This document shows positions 16,000 through 24,590 of a stretch of DNA of 32,000 bases, in pieces. The DNA comes from Candidatus Saccharimonadota bacterium (GTDB lineage Bacteria > Patescibacteriota > Microgenomatia > UBA1406 > GWC2-37-13): contig CP065004.1 of assembly GCA_016700135.1 (NCBI GenBank), positions 60,001 to 92,000 of the forward strand, written 5' to 3'. Numbering within the stretch: position 1 is the stretch's first letter; the number at the start of each line of letters is the position of its first letter. The position numbers and the translations under genes are program-made. Below the pieces are notes generated by a model. That model had not been told where the DNA came from and did not search any database. It worked only from the letters and a program-made list of their open reading frames with translations.

Positions 16000-16072
16000 T
16001 GCTGAGAGTCAGAGTCGAACTGACATCTGAGGTTTTTCAGACCCCCGCCGTGACCACCTTGGCTATCTCAGC
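16000..16072 (-). tRNA. tRNA-Phe(GAA)
   Basis: Hand fold:
- Acceptor 5' strand GCUGAGA, then UA
- D arm GCC-AAGGUGGUCAC-GGC, then G
- Anticodon arm GGGGU-CUGAAAA-ACCUC
- Variable loop AGAU
- T arm GUCAG-UUCGACU-CUGAC
- Acceptor 3' strand UCUCAGC, discriminator A. Confidence 0.85.
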
Positions 16073-16154
16073 TATCTTAGCTGTTAGCTTTTCGTCATTA
16101 GCTTTTAGATAAATATCTAATTGCTAAATGCCAATAGCAAAGAGCTAAACAAAG
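16073..16154 (-). repeat. TAGCT-rich imperfect palindromic spacer between tRNA-Ile and tRNA-Phe (ORF-less IVS-like hairpin)
   Basis: gttagcttttcgtcattagcttttagat-aaat-atctaattgctaaatgccaatagcaaagagctaaac. The reverse complement of the right arm (gtttagctctttgctattggcatttagcaattagat) aligns with the left arm. Confidence 0.5.
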
Positions 16155-16227
16155 TGCGTCTGGATGGATTCGAACCATCGACCCCTACTTTATAAGAGTA
16201 GTGCTACTACCACTGAGCTACAGACGC
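16155..16227 (-). tRNA. tRNA-Ile(UAU)
   Basis: Hand fold:
- Acceptor 5' strand GCGUCUG, then UA
- D arm GCUC-AGUGGUAGU-AGC (3 bp, GCU/AGC), then A
- Anticodon arm CUACU-CUUAUAA-AGUAG
- Variable loop GGGUC
- T arm GAUGG-UUCGAAU-CCAUC
- Acceptor 3' strand CAGACGC, discriminator A. Confidence 0.8.
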
Positions 16228-16229
16228 TT

Positions 16230-16253
16230 ATTATACCAAGACATTATATTATA
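16230..16253 (-). promoter_or_regulatory. AT-rich promoter-like region with three TATAAT hexamers upstream of the Ile-Phe-Gly tRNA array
   Basis: On the minus strand, TATAAT occurs at 16230-16235, 16243-16248 and 16248-16253. No clear -35 element. Confidence 0.3.
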
Positions 16254-16326
16254 ACGCTAGTACTAATAAAAGTTAGATTATTTCCTTTACCTTCACTAAT
16301 AAAACATCGCAAAAATCTATCTGTAG

Positions 16327-17106
16327 TTAGAACGTAAAGTATGTATCTGCCATCGCAGTTAGTTCTTTAAGATTTTCTTGAAGCGGAGTATCAACCGCAA
16401 ACATGATCGCAGCATAATCCGTTAAACCTTGGCCTTTCACGACTTCAGGAAGGATATAAACATACACATAGTCATCATATACTTGATCACTTGCCCCATT
16501 TGTGAATGTGTTAATTCGGGTACGCGTTACTTTATAACCTTGAAACCCAAGCGCGTTTATGAATTCATCTACACTTTTATTCTCACATCTTGCTGAACCT
16601 GTCGGTCCGTCAGCTGAACAATATAGGTCAGCCTGTAAAAGGCTGGTTTTGATATCACTGATATCCAATTCATATGTCCCTAAACCCTGAACTCGCATAT
16701 CTATTCTGTCAATTGACAAGCAGGGAGAATCCTGACACTCATACAATGAATCCGTCTTCAGATAATGAAATCCATACCCCAACTCTTCATTCCTGTACTC
16801 CTGATACCCTTCAGCAGGTGCAGGAACTAAAGCTTGCGGTGTTTGGGTAACCGGTAGTTGAGTTGGAGCCGACGTAACCGCCGGTGAATTGATTTTGATG
16901 GATGGTACTGCCTGATTGTCAGCAACATTATTGTTTTTCCGGGTTCCTAAATAATAGGCTTCCCCAACTGCGACAATTAGGAGAAATACTATTACAACAA
17001 CTAACGCAATAAATTTTTTGTTACTATGTCCCAGTGTATCAATTTCCTGTACGGGAGGAATATTGGGCGGAGTCGTAGGTTGTTGACGAGCCGGATCATT
17101 TTCCAT
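16327..17106 (-). CDS. hypothetical N-terminally anchored extracytoplasmic protein
   Basis: 259-aa ORF with TM helix FIALVVVIVFLLIVAVGEAYYL, a Pro-rich spacer, and a Cys-containing globular domain. No motif recognised. Confidence 0.6.
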   Translation of the reverse strand: MENDPARQQPTTPPNIPPVQEIDTLGHSNKKFIALVVVIVFLLIVAVGEAYYLGTRKNNNVADNQAVPSIKINSPAVTSAPTQLPVTQTPQALVPAPAEGYQEYRNEELGYGFHYLKTDSLYECQDSPCLSIDRIDMRVQGLGTYELDISDIKTSLLQADLYCSADGPTGSARCENKSVDEFINALGFQGYKVTRTRINTFTNGASDQVYDDYVYVYILPEVVKGQGLTDYAAIMFAVDTPLQENLKELTAMADTYFTF

Positions 17107-17159
17107 ACTTACAGTATGGCAAAATGCTTAATTCTTTGCAATATGTTAACACTCATTTG

Positions 17160-17230
17160 TGGACCTAGCCAGAATCGAACTGGCGACTGTACAATGCGAA
17201 TGTACCGGTATACCACTTACCTATAGGCCC
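17160..17230 (-). tRNA. tRNA-Ala(CGC)
   Basis: Hand fold:
- Acceptor 5' strand GGGCCUA, then UA
- D arm GGUA-AGUGGUA-UACC, then G
- Anticodon arm GUACA-UUCGCAU-UGUAC
- Variable loop AGUC
- T arm GCCAG-UUCGAUU-CUGGC
- Acceptor 3' strand UAGGUCC, discriminator A
- The G3:U70 alanine identity pair is present. Confidence 0.85.
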
Positions 17231-17304
17231 AATATTTAACCTTACCAACAAAAACAGAGCTCAAAATGAGCTGGTTTATATTATACACTCTCCCACCCTA
17301 TGAT

Positions 17305-17718
17305 TTATTTCAGATATTTTGTATAAATCAAAGCTGCGATGTATGCCTGAAGATACCCAGTCAGGGTCCATACCAGGATCATGAGAAAAGATATCTGAAA
17401 GCTTGTGTACGAAATAAACATACCTGGAATTGTCGCAATGATAAAGTATATCTTGGCAAACTGCAGTGCTTTTTGAGGGTCACTTCCTTTGAGTTGCTTT
17501 CGAAGAAGTCCCCACAGATATGCAAGAACGATACCTAGAATAAACGGATATGCAAAATACACCATCATCAAGGGATCCTGCCAGGGTCTGAAAATTGCAG
17601 TGTTTTGATATTCCTCTGCAAGCCCGGGAAGTATCATGTGAAGAACCACATTGACCCCCAACCCCAGCAGCAAATTCGCAACACCGGCAATAAATCCTGC
17701 TTTTACCATATATATCAC
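17305..17718 (-). CDS. hypothetical membrane protein (4 TM helices)
   Basis: 137-aa ORF preceded by a strong SD (GGAGGTG, 6 nt before the ATG). Confidence 0.6.
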   Translation of the reverse strand: MIYMVKAGFIAGVANLLLGLGVNVVLHMILPGLAEEYQNTAIFRPWQDPLMMVYFAYPFILGIVLAYLWGLLRKQLKGSDPQKALQFAKIYFIIATIPGMFISYTSFQISFLMILVWTLTGYLQAYIAALIYTKYLK

Positions 17719-17868
17719 CTCCTTTCCTGATATTCAGGATAGTACTTTTTTACGGTATATAACTTAATAGTCTGATTCCGCATTATTAAAGTTGTGTGGT
17801 GTTATAACGTCTTATAATGTTAAGTTGCATTATTAAGTAACTGCTTATATAATAATCCACAAATACTC

Positions 17869-19123
17869 ATGAAAAAAAGTCACAACAGTCCTTCTAACAA
17901 TAATCGCCCTCCTTGTAGTAAACACTATACGAGCATCATCGGCACAAATTGGCGGTCAGATAAATGGCTATCAGTGCGTCACTGCCGAGAATCGCTGGAA
18001 AACTGAAAACGATGCTACTGCAACACTTCCAAGCGGATATACGTTTGAATCTATCGTTGTTAAAGCAGGTCAGGGATGTATTCAGGTATATCCAACAAAC
18101 ACTGCACCTACTTGCTATCAAGTGAATATCAACGGCAATACTGTTACGGTAATAAAAATTGGAGATGGACCTGCGTGCCAAGATATCTCTCATCTTGAAG
18201 GAACATACGGTTTGAGCGGTCCGAGCGCGACCCCCACTCCAACCCATACACCGACGGACACACCCATTCCGTCAAATACGCCTACTAATACTCCTGAGCC
18301 GAGTCCGACATATACACCGACTCCGATAAGAGAGACTCCGACACCTACTCCTACAAAAGATGAAGAAGAAGGGCCAAGTCCGACACCGACAAATACTCCC
18401 ACTCCTGAAGAGGAAGAAGGAAATACTCCTACCCCGACCAAGACACCGGCACCTACCAATACGCCTACTCAAGGACCCACGAATACCCCCGGTCCGGGAC
18501 CGACAAACACACCGGGACCAAGTCCCACAAACACCCCAGGACCGACAAATACGCCGGCACCTGAAACATCAAATCCTGTCGTACAGGGTGTGACACGAAC
18601 AAGTACTGCACAGATTTTAAGTGCTGAAGACAACTTCAATCCGATCGTTCTCGGACTCAAAAGATCCTTCGGAGGACAAGTACTCGGTGCTTCAACGTTC
18701 CCGAAAACCGGAGCTGAAGATTCAGTTGAAGAAAAGCTTCCTTCAGGAAACGTTGAGATTGAGAATACCACACTGACAATTCCGGCAATCGGAGTAAACA
18801 GACCTGTTTATCAGGGAGGGAAACTGGGAGATATGCTGGTAGTCGGTGATAAAGAAATATTAAAAGCGGAAGATTTTCAAAATGTTTATTACGGTCACAA
18901 TACCCCAGAAACACTCGGTGCAATCAGTTATCTGTCATACGGAGACAGTATCATTGTGCAGGAAAAGGGATCCGTTTCCGTTTATAAAGTAACTTACAAA
19001 CAATACATCAACGGGTATGCCGAAATGGATCGGTATGTGAATGATAATAAACTTACTCTCATCTCCTGCGCACTTCAAAATCAGGATATCCGCGTTATCA
19101 TTACCGCTGAAAAAGTAAACTAA
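17869..19123 (+). CDS. secreted sortase-domain protein (signal peptide, small 4-Cys domain, long Pro/Thr linker, sortase fold); the ATG is out of frame because of an A7 tract
   Basis: ORF track entry 18122..19123 (GTG start). The same frame is open back to 17873 and encodes KKVTTVLLTIIALLVVNTIRASSAQ, a classic signal peptide, but contains no ATG, GTG or TTG. The ATG at 17869 is in the +1-shifted frame. Sortase motifs are TLTIPAIGVNRPVYQG, YYGHN (His), LTLISCA (Cys) and IRVIITAE (Arg). Confidence 0.75.
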
Positions 19124-19124
19124 C

Positions 19125-19721
19125 ATGGCAAAAACAAAAAAAACCACTCAAAAACCTCAGGAAGAATCATTTTCCTTATATTCACTCCTGAATCCGACGA
19201 TTATCGCAGTCAGCGCTATTGCACTGCTTTTGACTTCGATCGCTGTCACATCAGTGTTTAGAAACAAGAATACTGACACTGTTGAAGAATCCGTACCTGC
19301 CGAACAAATCCTCGTTCTCCCTGAAGGTTGGGAAAAAGTCACAAAGGAAGGATACGAAAATACATATATCAAGAAACAGGTTGAAGCAGCCGAGTATACA
19401 CCGACGGTTGCTTACGACCGCAATACCGTCAAGGAAACTACAGCAGGTGAATACTTTTCAACGATGATTGCCGGAGCAAAATCAGCAATCCCGAGTCTAG
19501 TTGTGACTTCCAATGAAGAGCATAAATATGACGGTTATGACGTACTGAATCTCGCGGGCAACTATTATCAGGGCGGGAACCATATTCAGATCCGTCAACG
19601 ATTGTTGCTCAAAGGGACCACTCTTCATACTATTGCTGCATCATATGTTGAAGGTCAGGAGATTTCAGAGGAAGAAATTGATGCACTATTTGACTACATC
19701 GTGCACAACTACATTAAGTAA
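19125..19721 (+). CDS. hypothetical N-terminally anchored extracytoplasmic protein
   Basis: 198-aa ORF starting 1 nt after the sortase stop. The TM helix is IIAVSAIALLLTSIAVTSVF. Confidence 0.6.
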   Translation: MAKTKKTTQKPQEESFSLYSLLNPTIIAVSAIALLLTSIAVTSVFRNKNTDTVEESVPAEQILVLPEGWEKVTKEGYENTYIKKQVEAAEYTPTVAYDRNTVKETTAGEYFSTMIAGAKSAIPSLVVTSNEEHKYDGYDVLNLAGNYYQGGNHIQIRQRLLLKGTTLHTIAASYVEGQEISEEEIDALFDYIVHNYIK

Positions 19722-19730
19722 TATTTTAAG

Positions 19731-19803
19731 TGCACTCGAGTGGACTCGAACCACCAACCTTCAGATCCGGAATCTGATGCTCTATCCATTAAGCTACGAG
19801 TGC
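19731..19803 (-). tRNA. tRNA-Arg(CCG)
   Basis: Hand fold:
- Acceptor 5' strand GCACUCG, then UA
- D arm GCUU-AAUGGAUA-GAGC, then A
- Anticodon arm UCAGA-UUCCGGA-UCUGA
- Variable loop AGGUU
- T arm GGUGG-UUCGAGU-CCACU
- Acceptor 3' strand CGAGUGC, discriminator A
- The tRNA starts 1 nt after the uppP stop. Confidence 0.85.
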
Positions 19804-19804
19804 T

Positions 19805-20590
19805 TTAGAAAAAGACAGTAACAAGCACCAATATTATACCAAGCACAATGCGATACCACCCGAAAAGTGCAAGGGAATGATTCTGAAGATATTTGATCAG
19901 CCACTTCACGCCAACTAATGCACTGACAAAAGCCACAATCGAGCCTCCGGCAAGTATCCATATATTTTCGGGATGAGCAAAAACTACTTCTCGCATTTCA
20001 ATAAAATCAAAGAGTGATGCGGCCATAATGGTCGGAACGGAAAGCATGAATGAATACTTCGCAGACTCACTTCTTTTGAAACCCAGCAGCATCATACCGA
20101 TAAGTACAGCTCCGGCACGGGAAACTCCGGGGATAATGGCGAGTGCCTGAAACGCTCCGATCACAAAAGCCTGCTTATAGTTCAGTTTTTGAATATCGGA
20201 CGTTGTGACAATAACTTTTTTGTTGATCAAATACTCTATCAAAAGAAATATTCCTCCGACAGCTATAAATACAATAGTTGTCCCCAATCTGCTCTCAAAA
20301 AAAATATTTTTGATCACATCGTACATTAAAAACCCCATAACGGCAGTCGGAATAAAGGAAGCTATTAATTTCAGTATCAGTTTCCAGTTCGAAAGAACCT
20401 CTTTCCAATAAAGCAACACGACGGCAAGAATTGCCCCCGACTGAATAAACACGGTAAATAGTTTCACTAACTCCGTCTCGGGAATACCAAGAATACGGGA
20501 TGTCCACAACAAATGAAATGTAGAAGATACGGGTAAAAACTCCGTCAGTCCCTCAACAATTCCTAGCAAAATGATCGTAATGAGATCCAT
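19805..20590 (-). CDS. uppP: undecaprenyl-diphosphate phosphatase (BacA/UppP)
   Basis: 261-aa polytopic ORF with GIVEGLTEFLPVSSTFHL and PGVSRAGA motifs. Confidence 0.9.
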   Translation of the reverse strand: MDLITIILLGIVEGLTEFLPVSSTFHLLWTSRILGIPETELVKLFTVFIQSGAILAVVLLYWKEVLSNWKLILKLIASFIPTAVMGFLMYDVIKNIFFESRLGTTIVFIAVGGIFLLIEYLINKKVIVTTSDIQKLNYKQAFVIGAFQALAIIPGVSRAGAVLIGMMLLGFKRSESAKYSFMLSVPTIMAASLFDFIEMREVVFAHPENIWILAGGSIVAFVSALVGVKWLIKYLQNHSLALFGWYRIVLGIILVLVTVFF

Positions 20591-20641
20591 AAGCTCAACT
20601 AATGATCTAATATGATTTCTACAGTATAATATACTGCATAG

Positions 20642-21760
20642 ATGAAAATTGCATTAGTACACGATCAACTCCAGGAGTTCGGCGGTGCCGAACGGGTTCT
20701 TGTCGCTTTAAAAGAGATTTTCCCTGAAGCGGATGTGTTCACGTCTTTTTACAATCCTGAATCACTGGGCATTCATGCCAAACACTTCAAAAACTGGAAG
20801 ATTGTCACCTCATGGGCTCAGAACGTACCGTTATTTAACCGGCTGTATTCGCCGCTTCGTTTCCTGACGCCATATATCTGGGAAGCATTCAACTTCAACG
20901 GATATGATCTTGTTATTTCCTCTTCAGGATCATATATGTGCAAAGGTGTGATCACCAGACCGGAGACAAAACATATTTGTTATATTCATCATCAGCCACG
21001 CTATTTGTATTACTATGAGACGGCACGCGAATGGCAGAAGTATTGGCCGATACGTGTATACGGACATTTGATCAATCACAGTCTACGGATCTGGGATTAT
21101 TTGTCTTCACAACGAGTCGATTTCTTCATCGCCAATGCCCAAGAGACAAAAAAACGGGTGCAGAAATATTATCGACGTGATTCAGATGTCGTTTATCCTC
21201 CTGTAGCTATCTCAAAAAATCCGCCAGAATTCAATCCATCAGAAGATGATGATTATTACATCACGACCTCACGACTAGCTCGGGCAAAACATATTGATGT
21301 CCTTATCAGAGCGGCAAATGAAGGAAATTTTAAATTAAAGATTATCGGGACCGGGCGGGATGAAGAATATCTGAAAAGCATCGCCGGACCGAATGTCGAA
21401 TTTTTATCACACGTACAGGATGATACGTTCAAAGCACTGTATACCCATGCAAAAGCATTTCTTTTTGCTTCAGTTGATGAGGAATTCGGTATCGCGCCAA
21501 TTGAAGCTATGGGATACGGTGTTCCCGTCATAGCATATGCATCCGGAGGACTCAAAGAAACCGTTCTGGAAGGAAAAAACGGATATCTGTATGAAGAGCT
21601 GAATTCAAAGAGTTTGTTGAAAAAAATTCAAAATTTTGAGAAACTCTCTGACAAAAAGCAGATCGAAATGAAAAAAGAAGCAAGAAAATCAGCAGAACAA
21701 TACTCTATTGAGAATTTTAAGAAACAAATATTGTCATTCGTGAAAGAAAAAACTTCTTAG
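20642..21760 (+). CDS. GT4-family (GT-B fold) glycosyltransferase
   Basis: 372-aa ORF with the C-terminal EEFGIAPIEAMGYGVPVIAYASGGLKETV (EX7E-type) motif. Confidence 0.85.
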   Translation: MKIALVHDQLQEFGGAERVLVALKEIFPEADVFTSFYNPESLGIHAKHFKNWKIVTSWAQNVPLFNRLYSPLRFLTPYIWEAFNFNGYDLVISSSGSYMCKGVITRPETKHICYIHHQPRYLYYYETAREWQKYWPIRVYGHLINHSLRIWDYLSSQRVDFFIANAQETKKRVQKYYRRDSDVVYPPVAISKNPPEFNPSEDDDYYITTSRLARAKHIDVLIRAANEGNFKLKIIGTGRDEEYLKSIAGPNVEFLSHVQDDTFKALYTHAKAFLFASVDEEFGIAPIEAMGYGVPVIAYASGGLKETVLEGKNGYLYEELNSKSLLKKIQNFEKLSDKKQIEMKKEARKSAEQYSIENFKKQILSFVKEKTS

Positions 21761-21845
21761 CTATCATCCTGGACCAATTGCCCAAGTCATCGCCTAAAGA
21801 CGAGTCAGAGAAGACACTTTTTTATTCAAAATAATTTGATTTTAT

Positions 21846-22694
21846 ATGCCCGAACTTCCAGAAATTGAAACAATTCGCTTGTACCTACACAAACACCTTA
21901 TCGGTAAAACGATTAATGGTACGGAAATCCGTGAACACAAAATGTTTCATGGCGACCCGAACGACATCTTCGATACTACGATCATTGACACTCAACGGAA
22001 AGGAAAAATTCTGACTCTTAAGCTGGAAAAAAATAACGATATTCTCTATCTGTCATTTCATCTCAAACTTTCGGGACAGATACTCTATGCGCAACATAAA
22101 GAAAAAGCTCAATTTTCTCATAAGATTCCTCTTGCAAATTCAGATAGAATGCCGGCCAAAACCACCCGCGTTATTTTCTTTTTTACTGATAATTCTGCTT
22201 TATTTTTCAATGATTTGAGAAAGTTCGGATGGGCGAAAGTTTCTGATAAACCCAAACAGCCGCAGGGTGAAGATGTACTTTCTGAGAGATTTACCTCTGC
22301 CTATTTGGACAAGGCATTGTCTCATACAAAAAGGCCTGTGAAAACAGTTCTTCTTGATCAGGAGATCATTGCAGGAATCGGTAATATTTATGCCAACGAT
22401 GCCTTGTGGGAATCTCTCATCTATCCAGCCAGACCGTCAAATACCTTATCTAAACAAGAAAAAACCGTTTTATATCAGGCAATCAAAAAGGTTGTCGGAG
22501 AGGGAATAACATATAAAGGATCTTCTGCAAAAGATGAATTGTATGTCCTTCCTGACGGGACAGCAGGAGGCTATCAGCATCATTTCCGGGTATATCATCG
22601 CCAGGGACAGGAATGTAAACGCTGTAAAACACTCATAGAAACCATGAAAATCGGCGGCCGCGGGACATTTTATTGTCCCCATTGCCAGACCTAA
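21846..22694 (+). CDS. mutM: formamidopyrimidine-DNA glycosylase (Fpg/MutM)
   Basis: The N-terminus is MPELPEIETI (catalytic Pro2, Glu3). An H2TH region is present, and the C-terminal zinc finger reads CKRCKT...FYCPHCQ. Confidence 0.9.
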   Translation: MPELPEIETIRLYLHKHLIGKTINGTEIREHKMFHGDPNDIFDTTIIDTQRKGKILTLKLEKNNDILYLSFHLKLSGQILYAQHKEKAQFSHKIPLANSDRMPAKTTRVIFFFTDNSALFFNDLRKFGWAKVSDKPKQPQGEDVLSERFTSAYLDKALSHTKRPVKTVLLDQEIIAGIGNIYANDALWESLIYPARPSNTLSKQEKTVLYQAIKKVVGEGITYKGSSAKDELYVLPDGTAGGYQHHFRVYHRQGQECKRCKTLIETMKIGGRGTFYCPHCQT

Positions 22695-22703
22695 CCGCTA
22701 TTT

Positions 22704-23258
22704 TCAACCGAAATGCTCTTGTCCAAGATTTTCAAGACAAGTACAAAGATCTTCATCTTTGAAATCAAGAGGATCAACATTGTCTTCATAACAAATAATA
22801 AGTCCTTCAATAAGTCTACGCAGTCTGAGTGCATCCTTATTCCACAAAAACTTAACCACTACTTCTCTATCACTGAAACCATATGTCCGAATTCGAATTG
22901 AACCGAATAATAATGCACGATCACAGCGCACATATTGAATATTGGCTATCGGAATCGTCCGGATCGTATCAGCAAATAAAAATGTTTTTTCTATTACGAC
23001 AACTCTGTGAATGTCGACTATGACATGGACCGGAAAAAGCTTAAATGGAAAAACCGTCTTCCGGTGAAGCAGCACACGTTTCGATTTATCACGAATATTA
23101 TCTACTGGAGTCCCTCTCTGATCGCGATTGGTTATATCGAATCTTCTATCTTTTATGTGTCGATATTGAGAATTATAGGGATTGACGAAACTTCTTCTGC
23201 CCTGCGGAAAAAGATGCTGTGTCGGCTGTTTGTATGCAAATATCGTAGTGCTTGACAT
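22704..23258 (-). CDS. hypothetical protein with a bacterial PH-like (bPH) domain
   Basis: 184-aa ORF with no TM helix. The stretch HRVVVIEKTFLFADTIRTIPIANIQYVRCDRALLFGSIRIRTYG resembles bPH/DUF304-type domains. Confidence 0.5.
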   Translation of the reverse strand: MSSTTIFAYKQPTQHLFPQGRRSFVNPYNSQYRHIKDRRFDITNRDQRGTPVDNIRDKSKRVLLHRKTVFPFKLFPVHVIVDIHRVVVIEKTFLFADTIRTIPIANIQYVRCDRALLFGSIRIRTYGFSDREVVVKFLWNKDALRLRRLIEGLIICYEDNVDPLDFKDEDLCTCLENLGQEHFG

Positions 23259-23384
23259 GGTATGATGGCGGTTTACTTTGCATAGTTAGGTACGTAAAAT
23301 TCTAAATCAATCTACTACTATCAAAAGTATATAAGAGATCTATGTGGACTATGTAACAAAACTTTTAGGTTGTCGTAAGAGTAC

Positions 23385-24590
23385 TTATTCGTACCGTATT
23401 GCCTCAATCGGAGAAAGATCAGCAGCTTTTTTGGCAGGGAATACACCGAAAATAATACCTATAGCAGATGATACTCCAAGTCCTAGGACCACAGACATGG
23501 TATCAATATAGGCAGGAAAGTACGGTTGAATCAACAAAACAATGAAATAAGAAACAAGAAGACCGCTTACTCCGCCAAGAAGTGATAAGATTACCGATTC
23601 GACAAGGAATTGAATAAGAATATCATTTTTCCTTGCTCCAAGAGCCCTACGAATTCCAATCTCTTTTATACGTTCGGTGACGGTGACATACATTATGTTC
23701 ATAATCCCGATCCCTCCCACCAGAAGTGAGATCGCGGCGATACCTACAAGAGCCATATTGATCATACCGAAGATTGACGTAATGGCACCTATCAGATCAC
23801 TGGGCTCAAGAACTGAAAAATCGTCTTCTTCATATTCTTTAAGCATTGTTCTTTCGATCTCCCGCTTTGCTGTTTCAACAACTTCCTCTGACTTTGCCTG
23901 AAGATAAAATGCAATAAATTTTTTATCGGAATTAAAGACATAGGCAGTTTTGTAGGGCATATACAAAGCGTTGTTAAAATCTCTTCCTGCCGGTCCTCCA
24001 CCCTTGCTTTCCAAAACTCCGATAATCTGAAACGACTGATTTTCAATTTTTACATCGCGTCCAAGTGCCTTTCTACCTGATCCGAACAAATCCTCGGCTA
24101 CTTGACTACCGATAACAACAATTTTTGATCGTTTTTCTACATCACTGGCTTTAAATATTTGACCGAATTCGGGCTTCAAGTTCCATGTCTGAAATACATC
24201 TGCACTCGTTCCATACAATTCAGCGTACGTTGTCTCATCAACCCCGGTCACCGTAAAGGAGCGCGTATACATCGGTACTACTGATTTTAAATACCGAATT
24301 CTAGAAAGAGCTTGATAATCCTGTTCATCAAATTGTATTGATCCCAAAGAAGAGCTTCCTGCTGAAAAGGATCCCTCCTGGATAACCCTACCCGGGACAA
24401 CTGTAATTAAGTTACTTCCAAGAGACTCAAATTGCTGCTCGATATATGCTCTAAGCCCGAGACCCAATGCAGTAAGAAGCACAACAGCCATCACACCGAT
24501 TAAGATTCCAAGAGATGTCAAAAAGGTCCGTCCTTTATTTCTTGAGAAATCAAAAAGTGCTGATTTTATCGTGATTATGAGTTTGTTCAT
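23385..24590 (-). CDS. ABC transporter permease, MacB/FtsX type
   Basis: 401-aa ORF with an N-terminal TM helix, a large extracytoplasmic MacB-like domain, and a C-terminal FtsX 3-TM bundle (GIRRALGARKNDI). Confidence 0.85.
   Translation of the reverse strand: MNKLIITIKSALFDFSRNKGRTFLTSLGILIGVMAVVLLTALGLGLRAYIEQQFESLGSNLITVVPGRVIQEGSFSAGSSSLGSIQFDEQDYQALSRIRYLKSVVPMYTRSFTVTGVDETTYAELYGTSADVFQTWNLKPEFGQIFKASDVEKRSKIVVIGSQVAEDLFGSGRKALGRDVKIENQSFQIIGVLESKGGGPAGRDFNNALYMPYKTAYVFNSDKKFIAFYLQAKSEEVVETAKREIERTMLKEYEEDDFSVLEPSDLIGAITSIFGMINMALVGIAAISLLVGGIGIMNIMYVTVTERIKEIGIRRALGARKNDILIQFLVESVILSLLGGVSGLLVSYFIVLLIQPYFPAYIDTMSVVLGLGVSSAIGIIFGVFPAKKAADLSPIEAIRYE

Noticed and set aside
15922-16154. 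Possible CRISPR array, suggested by the recurring TAGCT-containing units
   Set aside because: The units are 5-7 nt, irregularly spaced and palindromic. They lie between tRNA genes. There are no 25-40 nt repeats, no spacer structure and no cas genes.
17936-18247. 103-aa minus-strand ORF
   Set aside because: It is antisense to the open frame that encodes the signal peptide and the 4-Cys domain of the sortase protein. It has no motifs.
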